From NCBI GenBank assembly GCA_030698625.1, contig JAUYMS010000047.1, forward strand, positions 12,210 through 76,209: a DNA stretch of 64,000 nucleotides, given 5' to 3'. Source of the stretch: Candidatus Omnitrophota bacterium. GTDB taxonomy: Bacteria; Omnitrophota; Omnitrophia; Omnitrophales; Aquincolibacteriaceae. The notes under the pieces were generated by a model. That model ran no database searches and was not told where the DNA came from. It was given only the letters and a program-made list of their open reading frames with translations. Positions 29,482 to 38,757 of the stretch are shown here, piece by piece (position 1 is the first letter of the stretch; the number at the start of each line of letters is the position of its first letter). A program made the translations under genes and the position numbers.

Positions 29482-30126
29482 TTAAGCGAGAACCGGGTCG
29501 ACCCAGATGACCTTGTTATCTATGAGGGCTTTGATTCTATCGGGCATCAGACGTCCATTCACACGTCGCATCTGTGAATTGGTCGCCTTCTCTTGATCGA
29601 GAAGAAGCAGAAACAGGACAACGGCTCCCATCATCTTCAGAGGCTCGAATACAGGCATCAGCACCGAGGTCATCCCCATGAGACTGCCGCCGATCATCAT
29701 AAGGAGCGCAACCATCAGGACCTGACGATTTCTGGGCATATCCCACAGAGCCCTATAAAGTCGAACCATGGTCACGGCAGCAAAACACGCGGCAATGCCC
29801 ATGACGATCACATGAGTCTGGGATGCGATTTCGATAAAAGACACGGCCAGCATGAGCATAACCAGCATACCCCATGAACGCTTGTCCGTGGCTCGAGTTG
29901 CCATATTTCTCATACTGTTGGCGACGACACTGCTTAGAATTGCCAGCACAGCGGCAAACCACCTTACGGCTGAGCCCTCCCAATATATGTCAAGCGTGGA
30001 ATTCTGTCCTGCGGTTGAACTTAAATGAGCATATACGGCGCCACCGGCAATAATGCCTCCGATAACCGATAGTGACGTAATCATCGCCTTGTGGGGTAGA
30101 TATTCTGCAATTGATTTTCTGTCCAT
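29482..30126 (-). CDS. Multi-pass membrane protein, divergent paralogue of 13879..14568 and 23865..24671
   Basis: AAGGAGG RBS; EGSAVRWF...SSVV...ATR..D.RSW...SFIE. Confidence 0.7.
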   Translation of the reverse strand: MDRKSIAEYLPHKAMITSLSVIGGIIAGGAVYAHLSSTAGQNSTLDIYWEGSAVRWFAAVLAILSSVVANSMRNMATRATDKRSWGMLVMLMLAVSFIEIASQTHVIVMGIAACFAAVTMVRLYRALWDMPRNRQVLMVALLMMIGGSLMGMTSVLMPVFEPLKMMGAVVLFLLLLDQEKATNSQMRRVNGRLMPDRIKALIDNKVIWVDPVLA

Positions 30127-30278
30127 AACAGCCTCCTTTTATTGCTTTAATCGCCCCCCTTTAAAAAAGCGATAAGGCGCTTAAAGGTTACCCGATGATG
30201 TCTCAAACTTCAAGAATGGGAGTCAAAATAGGTAGACAAAATTGTTCTATCTTGGAAGGCGATGATGTTAGAAGGGCT

Positions 30279-30779
30279 CTATCTGCTATATCTCTTGGTG
30301 CGAGGCATCATGTCTGTCTTCAGGCGGTCAATACGGTCAAAGAAGAGGACGCCATTGAGGTGATCTAGCTCATGCTGGATACAAATGGCCTCTATGCCTG
30401 CGGACTCCTTTTCATGCATAAACCCCTCCACATCAAGCCAGCGCACCCGGATTCGGTTGTAGCGGTTTAGGTTTCCCGTATAGTCGGGAACGCTCATGCA
30501 GCCCTCTCGACTGGGGCAAGGCTCCTGCTTGTCCAAGATAATGGGATTAATCAGGACCAGGCAAACCGCGTCCGCTACTCGGGGTGACACATCCACGATT
30601 GCGATCTGACGGGGAATGCCGACTTGGGGGGCGGCAATACCAATACCATGAGGCTGGCTGCGCATGGTCTTTTCCATCGCATGCACGATCGTACTGAGCT
30701 TTGCATCAAAGAAGCGCACGGGTTTTGCATGCTGCCGCAAAACCGAATCTGGGAATATGCGAATGGATAATGCCGGCAT
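30279..30779 (-). CDS. def: Peptide deformylase
   Basis: GIGIAAPQVG, EGCMS, QHELDHLNG. Confidence 0.97.
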   Translation of the reverse strand: MPALSIRIFPDSVLRQHAKPVRFFDAKLSTIVHAMEKTMRSQPHGIGIAAPQVGIPRQIAIVDVSPRVADAVCLVLINPIILDKQEPCPSREGCMSVPDYTGNLNRYNRIRVRWLDVEGFMHEKESAGIEAICIQHELDHLNGVLFFDRIDRLKTDMMPRTKRYSR

Positions 30780-30788
30780 GAGTAAGAT

Positions 30789-31337
30789 TTAAAACTCGAA
30801 GCGCTCGACGGCCTTCAGCTCAACAGCTGTTTTGAGCTTCGTGGCCAGGTTAACCGAGATGCGCTTAATCTTCGCTGGGGCAAAATTACGCGGAATATCC
30901 ACTTCAAGGAGCATGGCGTACAAGGTCTTTGAGCCCTTTCCCAGAATCTTGGAATTTAGGTCTGTAATATTGAGACCGTGGCGAGCAAGTATCTGACTCG
31001 TCGTATACACGATGCCCGTCTTATCCCGGGCAACGATGCTCAGAATATGCGGCACGGTTCCCTTTCCGTGCTTCTCGCCCCGTTTTAGCTCGTGGTGAAT
31101 CTCATTAAACCGAACCTGGACTCCGGTCTTTTTCTGCCAAGCCTTGAGCTTCCCTTGGACGGAGTCGTTCTTTCGGGCGCTTGGGATCGCGACAATCAAC
31201 ATCATCGCAAACTCACCTTCGAGTATTGTCATGCTGATGTCTTCTAAATTCAGACGCTCCTTGTAAAGGATTCCTGTTACTCCGGCGATAATTCCCGGCT
31301 GATCTTTGCCGATCACTGTGATTATGGCGTGTTTCAT
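30789..31337 (-). CDS. Tandem ACT-domain protein (GcvR-like)
   Basis: GKDQPGII and RDKTGIV ACT repeats. Confidence 0.85.
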   Translation of the reverse strand: MKHAIITVIGKDQPGIIAGVTGILYKERLNLEDISMTILEGEFAMMLIVAIPSARKNDSVQGKLKAWQKKTGVQVRFNEIHHELKRGEKHGKGTVPHILSIVARDKTGIVYTTSQILARHGLNITDLNSKILGKGSKTLYAMLLEVDIPRNFAPAKIKRISVNLATKLKTAVELKAVERFEF

Positions 31338-32743
31338 CGCGCTTCTCCACTCGGTTCACCCAGCAGCTCGGCAAGTTTTCCGAGCCCCACCTGAACCAGT
31401 TCTTGGCCCCGCTCCTGAAATAGCTGGCGAGACAGATAATTAAGATCCGGCTGTACCGTAGCATTCGGAAGCAGACCCCGATAGACAAAGGGCAGGACAA
31501 TCCTTCCCTGCTGATTTTTCACAACAGCCAGCTCTTTGACCTTCTTAAGCAGAAATTGACTAAGGTACTCCAGCATCACGAGCTTCGCACGAAAATCGAC
31601 ATCCTGCTGCAGCAAGCCGGCGCTTCCGTCGGCTTCCATCATATAGTGCTCGTGCTTAACTTGAAGACCCGTGAGGAAAGCACGGCTCTGAAGGATCTGA
31701 AAATTAGCCTTTAGGAGTTCAAACGGGGTGTCCTCGCCCTGCATGACCGGGGTGAGCTCTTCAGGCACGCGCTCTAGGAGAATCTGCCCCAATCCCGGGA
31801 TCGGCGTCAATTGCGACAGCACGCGGCTTATAAAGTTAATATTCTTGAAAGCTCCGTTTCGCACGTCCACGGCCCCCTGCATAGCCAGCGTACGCTTCAG
31901 CATATCAGGGTGAGTTCCCTCAGCCGAACCTTCGAGCTTAGCCGTCAGAATACCCGTGAGATATTCACGATCCTTCATCTCTGCCGGAGTCACAGACTCC
32001 AGATCCAACTGATGAACGTTTAGGTTCCCCTTAAATTGAGGCTGCGAGGCAAGGTTCGAGATCTCCCCTTCCAAGACCACCTTATCGGGCCCATAAACCG
32101 CTTTAAACACAAGGATGCCGATCGCATGGTCGTAGACCCCATCTATATTCAGGTTTGGTTGCCTCGAACCAAACAAGCCCGCGCTTCCATTCATCCGCAA
32201 GGGGGCTCCAAAACTCTGCTGTCTCATCGTAAATTCAATATGATCCACTTGAATTACGAACGGCATTTGATAAGACTCGTCCTGATAGTGCAGTTTTCCC
32301 TCGTGAACACGCACTGATGAAATGAAGACGACCCAGGCACTCGATAGCCCCGGCTCCGCCCCGGGCTGCTTTGGCTGCCAATTCCACTGACCCGTTCGAG
32401 ACTTCCGGATATAGATTTCGGGCCGATGCAGTTCAAAAAAGGGAATCGAGACCTCCTTGTTGAGCAACCCCCGCAGGTTAAATCCCGCAGTAGCACTTCC
32501 GGTCTTTAACAGGATTTCATCTGACTTGGGATCACGCAGTTCTACGCCGCTGATCTCAAACTGCATGTCAATCCCCCACCGCACCGAGATATATCCCAAT
32601 TGAGCCTTGGCTCCCACAGCATCGCCGATTGTCTGCTCAATAGAGGGTTTTAAATCATTGGGGTCGAATTGCAACAGCAGTACGGCACCAGCGCCTATAG
32701 CGACAACGACCATAACCAGCACGACAACTAAAATTATTTTCAT
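31334..32743 (-). CDS. AsmA-family protein
   Basis: N-terminal TM anchor, FDPNDLKP, beta-rich body, C-terminal P..YRG...P motif. Confidence 0.8.
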   Translation of the reverse strand: MKIILVVVLVMVVVAIGAGAVLLLQFDPNDLKPSIEQTIGDAVGAKAQLGYISVRWGIDMQFEISGVELRDPKSDEILLKTGSATAGFNLRGLLNKEVSIPFFELHRPEIYIRKSRTGQWNWQPKQPGAEPGLSSAWVVFISSVRVHEGKLHYQDESYQMPFVIQVDHIEFTMRQQSFGAPLRMNGSAGLFGSRQPNLNIDGVYDHAIGILVFKAVYGPDKVVLEGEISNLASQPQFKGNLNVHQLDLESVTPAEMKDREYLTGILTAKLEGSAEGTHPDMLKRTLAMQGAVDVRNGAFKNINFISRVLSQLTPIPGLGQILLERVPEELTPVMQGEDTPFELLKANFQILQSRAFLTGLQVKHEHYMMEADGSAGLLQQDVDFRAKLVMLEYLSQFLLKKVKELAVVKNQQGRIVLPFVYRGLLPNATVQPDLNYLSRQLFQERGQELVQVGLGKLAELLGEPSGEAR

Positions 32744-33225
32744 ACGTCTTCAGCCCAAACCTCTTCGTACGACCAGATGCCGTCGGCACGGTTCTTCGCC
32801 TCCTCCTGCACCTTCAGGAATTCGTTTCTCTTTTCAAACACATATCGTCTCGGGACGCGCGCCGCCCCAATAGACAATAACCACTCATTAATCATCATCC
32901 GTGTTGTCTTATACTTTCCCCCGGGTTCAAAAGGGAAATTAATCTCATTGGCATCGATATATAAATACACCGGCGTGGCGGCAAAACTATCCGTTTCACT
33001 AAGTTCATCGTCACGCTTTACCGTAACATCTTTTCCCGCTAGCAGAGCCGGCAGCATACGAATCGTCTCCGGACTCAGCTGCACACCCGCAAGCATAACC
33101 GACTCATCGGTCCCAAGCACAAGAATGCCCTCTTCAGAAACGCGTACAACTTGCTCCGCTAGAGCATATCCGTTGGGAATGAGATTGAAACTGAGGAGAA
33201 CAAGAAGAAGCTGGGTAGAGCGCAA
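32740..33225 (-). CDS. Secreted thermonuclease (SNase)-like protein with degenerate active site
   Basis: Signal peptide; INEWLLSIGAA and QEEAKNRADGIWS match the SNase C-terminus. Confidence 0.65.
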   Translation of the reverse strand: MRSTQLLLVLLSFNLIPNGYALAEQVVRVSEEGILVLGTDESVMLAGVQLSPETIRMLPALLAGKDVTVKRDDELSETDSFAATPVYLYIDANEINFPFEPGGKYKTTRMMINEWLLSIGAARVPRRYVFEKRNEFLKVQEEAKNRADGIWSYEEVWAEDV

Positions 33226-33226
33226 C

Positions 33227-33637
33227 TCAGGATGTGATTGGTTCTTTTGGAAACGGTTGATATCGGATCATTTCGCCACGCGCGTATATAAGCCCTTCGG
33301 GGAACTCGCCGTTGCTCGGCTCCGGCCAGTACTGCACATTGACCACTCGGTGCGCCCCATAGCGTTTTTTGGCTGTTGACGCCAATTTATCACGAAGGGC
33401 CTTTTTGTACAAGTCCGCCCGGGACGGGGTATTTGCCAGGTTGAAGGTCATAAGCTTTATCCCCGACCACATGCCGGCCTCCGGCGCAAGCAACACTGCG
33501 TTTTCACTAACCTCAAGTTCTCCAAGGGAAATAAAGGCGATATCCGAATCCTTCTCGGTGGCGCGCACCTTTTCCACGCTTGAACACCCGGTTATAAAAG
33601 ACACGCTTATAGCAGCTAGTATGACCCAGTATCTCAC
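33227..33637 (-). CDS. Putative lipoprotein
   Basis: Lipobox-like ITGC; AKKRYGAHRVVNV resembles YbjQ-like folds. Confidence 0.65.
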   Translation of the reverse strand: MRYWVILAAISVSFITGCSSVEKVRATEKDSDIAFISLGELEVSENAVLLAPEAGMWSGIKLMTFNLANTPSRADLYKKALRDKLASTAKKRYGAHRVVNVQYWPEPSNGEFPEGLIYARGEMIRYQPFPKEPITS

Positions 33638-33719
33638 CTTTATAACATCGGGCTCTTGACGGAATTCTTTAGCATAATTGGAGTTACGTTCGCATGGTAA
33701 AGAAATAGCATAATATAGC

Positions 33720-33748
33720 TTGCAAAGGGACTTCTTATGCTATATTAT
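33720..33748 (+). promoter_or_regulatory. Sigma-70-type promoter for the FecR-domain gene
   Basis: TTGCAA-17 nt-TATTAT in a divergent intergenic region. Confidence 0.55.
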
Positions 33749-33788
33749 TATCTATGAGTGACTGAGTCTGCGATATATTGAGCTTTTA

Positions 33789-34829
33789 TTGATGGTGAAA
33801 AAAGTGAAACTAAGCAGAATCGTGACTCAGACAATTTTAATACTGATCTTGAACCTCGGAGCTGGCGTTGCACCTCCGGCGCCTCTCGCGATATCGCCCC
33901 CATCAGCCCAAGATCAGGCTAAATCCCTCATAGATCACAAAGCCCAAATATTGACACTCCAGGGCAAAGTCACCGTACTTCGTACTGGTAAAGATCAGTG
34001 GCGAGCGCTGACTTCACAGGACATTATCTATGAAGGGGATCAAATCAAAACAGGGCCGGGTGCCCATCTGGAATTATACTTTGACGACTATTATCTGAAT
34101 ATCGCGCGAGTCGGCCCAAACAGTTTGGTGCATTTCCGCGCCATCGAACCCACCGACATATTAATTTACGATGGGGAGCTCTTCAACTCTTTGGATGCAC
34201 TGCCGCCAGGTTCCACCTACGAAGTGGCAACTCCCACATCCGTCGTAGGCGTTCGAGGAACTCAGTTTCTCCGCCGGCACAATGCCGCCACCGGCGTGTC
34301 TAGCACCTATGTCATTGAAGGCGTCGTGCAACATCTTATCATCGACCGCGTCGGCAAGCTCTTAGACGTCCAACAGATTCACGCTGAACAGTTCATGCGC
34401 GTAAGTCAAACCGCCGTCGACCAAAATTTAATTCCCGAACCCCAAACCATTCCGAAAACAGCATTCAAAGCGGTGCAAAACCAATTCACACAATCACGAT
34501 CTGAGATGACGCGGTTTTCTGGGCAAGAAAATCACTACACTGACGGCAAAGAGCGTTATCACAAAATGATTGCAAGTAAATCCGCTCAAAAAATGATGGC
34601 GCGTGAATTTGACATTGCCGATGACCGAGCTGTCTTCACCGGAGAATCCCAGGACTTCGTCCTCCCTGAACCTGTCGAGCGCTTGGAAATAAGCACAGAA
34701 GTTGCAGAGGCTATCGAGCAGTCAATCGTTGAACACGACTTTGCCCAGCGCGGCCCAACAGTTGACAGATTAACAGCACCAGCGATGGGTGCATCTCTTC
34801 TGAGGAAGGACTCGGACGACGATAAATAA
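33789..34829 (+). CDS. FecR-domain exported protein
   Basis: EGDQIKTGPG, VATPTSVVGVRGTQF, VIEGVV. The only credible plus-strand gene. Confidence 0.85.
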   Translation: MMVKKVKLSRIVTQTILILILNLGAGVAPPAPLAISPPSAQDQAKSLIDHKAQILTLQGKVTVLRTGKDQWRALTSQDIIYEGDQIKTGPGAHLELYFDDYYLNIARVGPNSLVHFRAIEPTDILIYDGELFNSLDALPPGSTYEVATPTSVVGVRGTQFLRRHNAATGVSSTYVIEGVVQHLIIDRVGKLLDVQQIHAEQFMRVSQTAVDQNLIPEPQTIPKTAFKAVQNQFTQSRSEMTRFSGQENHYTDGKERYHKMIASKSAQKMMAREFDIADDRAVFTGESQDFVLPEPVERLEISTEVAEAIEQSIVEHDFAQRGPTVDRLTAPAMGASLLRKDSDDDK

Positions 34830-36158
34830 TCACCGTAACGTTAGCTGTGAGCGGGCCCACGTCATCGCTTCTTCTCGAGTCTTTATCTTCCCTTCCAACT
34901 GCAGTTCATAGGCCTCTTCGAGCAGCGGTTTCATCTTAGGGCCCGGCTTCATGCCGAGTTCTTTGAGGTCATTGCCGTTCAGGACGGGTTCCGGCTTCAG
35001 TTCTTCTGCTGCATACTCAAGCATTTTTTCTTTAAGAAAAATGTAATTATCTAAAATGCCGTGACACGCCCTGCAGTCGATCTTATGCAGCTCCAACTCT
35101 TCGCTGAAAGTGGGCCTCGAGACAAAGCGCTTCAGCTTGCCCTCTCGCATCTTCTGCACATCCCCAAATTTCATATGGTTCGCAACGGCCTCGGCCACGT
35201 CTGCTATTTCCCGATTTGAAAAACGCAGTCGCCGCATGATCTCCTCAGTCATGCGCGCGCCGATCGGAGCGTGCTCATAAAAGCAGATCCGCCCGTTCCG
35301 AACCGCATAAGTCCTGGGTTTCGCAATATCGTGGAAAAGGGCACCGAAAGCGAGCGCTATCGAGTCATTGCCCTCAAGTTGTTCGAGGAGCATCCGGGTG
35401 TGCACGAACACATCCCCTTCCGGATGATATTCGGGAGGCTGCTGGACGCCCTTCATGGCCTCTATTTCCGGAAGAATCTCTTTCATGAGGCCGGAGTCGG
35501 AAAGAAGCCTATAGCCCTTGGCGGCGCCGGATCTTGTAAACGTCTTAATCAATTCGTCGCGAATGCGCTCCGCACTCACAGCATGAATTTCTTTGGCCTG
35601 CTTGCAGATCGCTTGCCACGTTTGGCCTTCGATCTCGAAGTTCAGATTCGCGGCAAATCGCACAGCTCTAAGCAACCTCAATTTGTCTTCAGCAAACCGC
35701 TTAGCCGGCTCCCCGATCGCCCGAATGCGCTTCGCGGCGATATCGGCTTCACCACCGACGTAATCGATGACCTTTTTCCCGAAGGGATCGTAGAAGAGCC
35801 CGTTGACCGTAAAATCCCGCCGATGGGCATCTTCTTCCGGTCCGGTAAATTTTACATTGCTCGGATGACGCCCGTCCTGGTAGCCGTCCTCCGTCCGAAA
35901 CGTGGCTACTTCAAAATGCTTCGCGTCATCCTGAACCACGATAATGACGCCAAACTGTTTTCCGACAGCTACGGTTTTGGGGAAAAGGGCCTCGACTTCA
36001 GCCGGCGCGGCGGATGTCGCAATGTCAAAATCCTGCGGCTCCTTCTTCATCAGAAAATCTCGGACGCAGCCACCCGCGAAATAGGCCTTATGGCCGGCAG
36101 ATTTTAAACGCTCCGCAATCGTATATGCGATCGTGCCTGTGCCGCGCGATAAATCCAT
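34830..36158 (-). CDS. cca: Class II CCA tRNA nucleotidyltransferase with HD domain
   Basis: AGGCVRD, DFDIAT, RRDFTVN, EDKLRLLRAVRF, HPEGDV...HDIAKP. Confidence 0.88.
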   Translation of the reverse strand: MDLSRGTGTIAYTIAERLKSAGHKAYFAGGCVRDFLMKKEPQDFDIATSAAPAEVEALFPKTVAVGKQFGVIIVVQDDAKHFEVATFRTEDGYQDGRHPSNVKFTGPEEDAHRRDFTVNGLFYDPFGKKVIDYVGGEADIAAKRIRAIGEPAKRFAEDKLRLLRAVRFAANLNFEIEGQTWQAICKQAKEIHAVSAERIRDELIKTFTRSGAAKGYRLLSDSGLMKEILPEIEAMKGVQQPPEYHPEGDVFVHTRMLLEQLEGNDSIALAFGALFHDIAKPRTYAVRNGRICFYEHAPIGARMTEEIMRRLRFSNREIADVAEAVANHMKFGDVQKMREGKLKRFVSRPTFSEELELHKIDCRACHGILDNYIFLKEKMLEYAAEELKPEPVLNGNDLKELGMKPGPKMKPLLEEAYELQLEGKIKTREEAMTWARSQLTLR

Positions 36159-36160
36159 AA

Positions 36161-36475
36161 TTAACCGAAAAAGTCCCGGGCCTTCTTTTTGCCGACAACC
36201 TTGTGGTAGTCGCCGTAATCAATAAAAGTCAGATCGGGCCGCTGTTCCTGAGCTCTCTTCACGATCCTGAATCGCTCTCCTTCGTGCTGGTCCGCCCGTC
36301 TGCTGCTCAGATACTTGAACTGCACTCCGCACTCCGGACAGGCATGGGCGTCAAAGGAAATGCCCAGCGCCCGGCAAGCGCTGCAATCTGCTTTCAAGTC
36401 GCCCATAATCAGCAGATGCTTCTCGACATCCGTAATATCAAATTCCTTATAGATGCGTAAGTAAGACTTGCTCAT
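36161..36475 (-). CDS. Small zinc-ribbon protein
   Basis: CSAC...CPEC. Confidence 0.7.
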   Translation of the reverse strand: MSKSYLRIYKEFDITDVEKHLLIMGDLKADCSACRALGISFDAHACPECGVQFKYLSSRRADQHEGERFRIVKRAQEQRPDLTFIDYGDYHKVVGKKKARDFFG

Positions 36476-36915
36476 AGCCTGTAGACCTCGTCGTTTTCGC
36501 GAACCCGCGATTTGACCCCCAGCCCCACTTCTTCACCCTTCATGCCGCGGTCAACCGGTATTCGATTAATTTGGAGCGACCGTACTTTCATTTTAAGATC
36601 GGTCGTGGATCCCTTTATGTGAATTTTATCACCGTTACTCAGCGCTTCTTTATCGAGCTTGATGGCACACGCGCGAGCCCCGGTATAATAATGCGTCACG
36701 TAGCCGACAAGGATCTGCTTACTTTTTACCGCCTTCTTCTTTTTGCCAGTTTTTCTTTTTTTGACGGTTTTCAGAGGCTTACGCTGCGGCTTTTTCTTGC
36801 GGACTACCTTCTTCTTAGCAGCGGTTTTCTTTTTTTTGAGCTTTTTCGGCTTTTCATAACTCGGACTGCTAGCCTTCTTGATAACATTCAGCATTTTTTT
36901 AAACCAATTCGCCAT
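36472..36915 (-). CDS. Translation-factor beta-barrel (EF-Tu domain II-like) protein with Lys-rich N-terminus
   Basis: VGYVTHYY...GDKIHIKG...SLQIN...GEEVGLGVKSRVRENDEVY. Start set to MANWFKK. Confidence 0.75.
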   Translation of the reverse strand: MANWFKKMLNVIKKASSPSYEKPKKLKKKKTAAKKKVVRKKKPQRKPLKTVKKRKTGKKKKAVKSKQILVGYVTHYYTGARACAIKLDKEALSNGDKIHIKGSTTDLKMKVRSLQINRIPVDRGMKGEEVGLGVKSRVRENDEVYRL

Positions 36916-36919
36916 ACGG

Positions 36920-37660
36920 TTACTTTGCTTCTCCTTTGACAAGCGGCACGAAGCGCACCGGCAATACCTCCTGTGTAATCAATCGCCCGCCTCGTTTTAC
37001 TCCGACGATCAGATTTTGAGACTTCTCGCCGACAGGCAGAATCATCCGGCCGCCGTCTTTCAACTGGTCCACCAAGGCCTCCGGCACATGCGCCGCGGCA
37101 GCCGTCACCATGATCTTATCAAAGGGAGCAAACTCGGGCCACCCCTTCCAGCCATCCCCGAGTTTGCAGCTGATGTTTCTATAATCCATCTGCCCCAGCC
37201 GCTCCTTGGCCTGTTGATAAAGCGGTTCCACGATCTCAATCGTGTAAACTTCGGCCGCCAGCCTCGCCAAAACAGCCGCCTGATACCCCGACCCCGTCCC
37301 AATCTCGAGGACCCGGTCATCCGGCGCAATTTCAAGAGCTTCCGTCATAAAAGCCACTATATACGGCTGCGAAATAGTCTGATCATGTCCGATCTCGAGA
37401 GGGCCGTCCTCATACGCTTTCAATTGTAAGTGCAGGGGCACAAAGAGATGGCGCGGTATGTCCCGCATGACCTTCAAAAGCCGCGGATCATGGATTCCGC
37501 GCGCCTCGATTTGCCTCTTCACCATGCCTTCCCGCATTCGGTCAAACCTCTCCTTGTTTGCGCTGAGATAGCTTTCGAAATCAGTTCCACGCGCCGCTTG
37601 TCCCGCGCACAATAAAACCGTCAGCATGCCTGTGAGAACAATCAATGTATTCCGCTTCAT
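36920..37660 (-). CDS. pcm: Protein-L-isoaspartate O-methyltransferase
   Basis: PRHLFVP, QTISQPYIVA, VLEIGTGSGYQAA, VRFVPL. Start reassigned to MKRNTLIV. Confidence 0.95.
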   Translation of the reverse strand: MKRNTLIVLTGMLTVLLCAGQAARGTDFESYLSANKERFDRMREGMVKRQIEARGIHDPRLLKVMRDIPRHLFVPLHLQLKAYEDGPLEIGHDQTISQPYIVAFMTEALEIAPDDRVLEIGTGSGYQAAVLARLAAEVYTIEIVEPLYQQAKERLGQMDYRNISCKLGDGWKGWPEFAPFDKIMVTAAAAHVPEALVDQLKDGGRMILPVGEKSQNLIVGVKRGGRLITQEVLPVRFVPLVKGEAK

Positions 37661-37661
37661 G

Positions 37662-38717
37662 CTACTCCTGATTTTCGGCAATGAGGGGTCTTTCCTGATG
37701 GGATTCAATCGCGGTAAGTTTATCCTGAAGCTTCTCAAACTGGCGGCGCGTACGGTCGAAGGCGGTTTGCGCATTCCCCACATGGGATCCCACTTTTTCA
37801 AATTCCGTAAAGCACTTCTTGAAGTCAGTTTCAAGCTGTCCGAGGCTTTGCAATATGACTTGCGCGGAGCGCTCAATTCGAAGTCCCCGCAAGCCGTGCA
37901 CGATCGCCTGAAGGTAGGCATAAAAGCTGTTCGGTGAAACGGGGATAACGCGCCGCTTCATGGCATATTCGACGAGACCGTCCGTCTGCGCCTCGTCCTT
38001 AATGATCGTCTCATAATAAACATTCTCGGCGGGAATATACATGAGCGCGAAATCAAAGGTACCCTCCTCGGGGAGAATATATTTATCCGAGATAGCGTCG
38101 ACATGCTTCTTTACATCCTGGACGAATCCCTTCTTTGCGCTTTTCTGACCGGCTTCATCCTGGGCCTGCTGAATCCGTTTGAAGTTTTCAAGAGGGAATT
38201 TTGCATCGACGGGGATAATCCCCTGGCCGAGCTTGATCACCGCATCGACCTGCGTGCCGTTTCTAAAACTGTACTGCAGTGAAAAGTGATCTTCGGGAAG
38301 GATTTGCCGTAAGAGTTCTCCGAGCAGAAACTCCCCGAACCCGCCCCGCAATTTGGGCGCCCTCAGGATATCCTGCAGAGACGCTATGTCCTTTCCTATG
38401 GCCATCATGGCATGGGTTGCTTCCTGAAGCTGTCCCATGCGGTTTTCCAGCTTGCCCACGGCGTCGCGATAGCCATGGTGGGTCTCACGCATCAGCTCTG
38501 TATTCTGCCGGAGTTGTTCATTGATCTGGCGTGTTACCTCGACTCCCTGATCCTTCAGAACAGACTTGAGATCAATCATCTGCTGCTGCATATCAAGGAT
38601 AATCTGGGTATGCATATCCTGTTTCGGCCGGCTGGAATTCTGACGCAGCACGATAACGGCCAGAGCGGCAACTCCCATTAAGGCACACAGGGCTAGGACG
38701 CCCAGTAGGATGGTCAT
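37662..38717 (-). CDS. rmuC: DNA recombination protein RmuC
   Basis: N-terminal TM, coiled coil, RGGFGE, PVDAKFP, FALMYIPAE. Confidence 0.93.
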   Translation of the reverse strand: MTILLGVLALCALMGVAALAVIVLRQNSSRPKQDMHTQIILDMQQQMIDLKSVLKDQGVEVTRQINEQLRQNTELMRETHHGYRDAVGKLENRMGQLQEATHAMMAIGKDIASLQDILRAPKLRGGFGEFLLGELLRQILPEDHFSLQYSFRNGTQVDAVIKLGQGIIPVDAKFPLENFKRIQQAQDEAGQKSAKKGFVQDVKKHVDAISDKYILPEEGTFDFALMYIPAENVYYETIIKDEAQTDGLVEYAMKRRVIPVSPNSFYAYLQAIVHGLRGLRIERSAQVILQSLGQLETDFKKCFTEFEKVGSHVGNAQTAFDRTRRQFEKLQDKLTAIESHQERPLIAENQE

Positions 38718-38757
38718 GGCGTATTATACCATGAGGGGTCAAGTTGAGACTTCACCC

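Noticed and set aside
30135-30185. G-U-rich hairpin upstream of the 29482..30126 RBS
   Set aside because: It does not cover the SD and matches no riboswitch consensus I recognise.
23811-30195. GGTTACCCGA in two intergenic regions (23811 and 30186)
   Set aside because: One shared 10-mer in 64 kb is expected by chance.
37661-37921. N-terminal extension of the pcm ORF; similar extensions on pilM, pilQ, the SDR, the kinase and rimO
   Set aside because: They overlap upstream genes or the terminator; better downstream starts exist.
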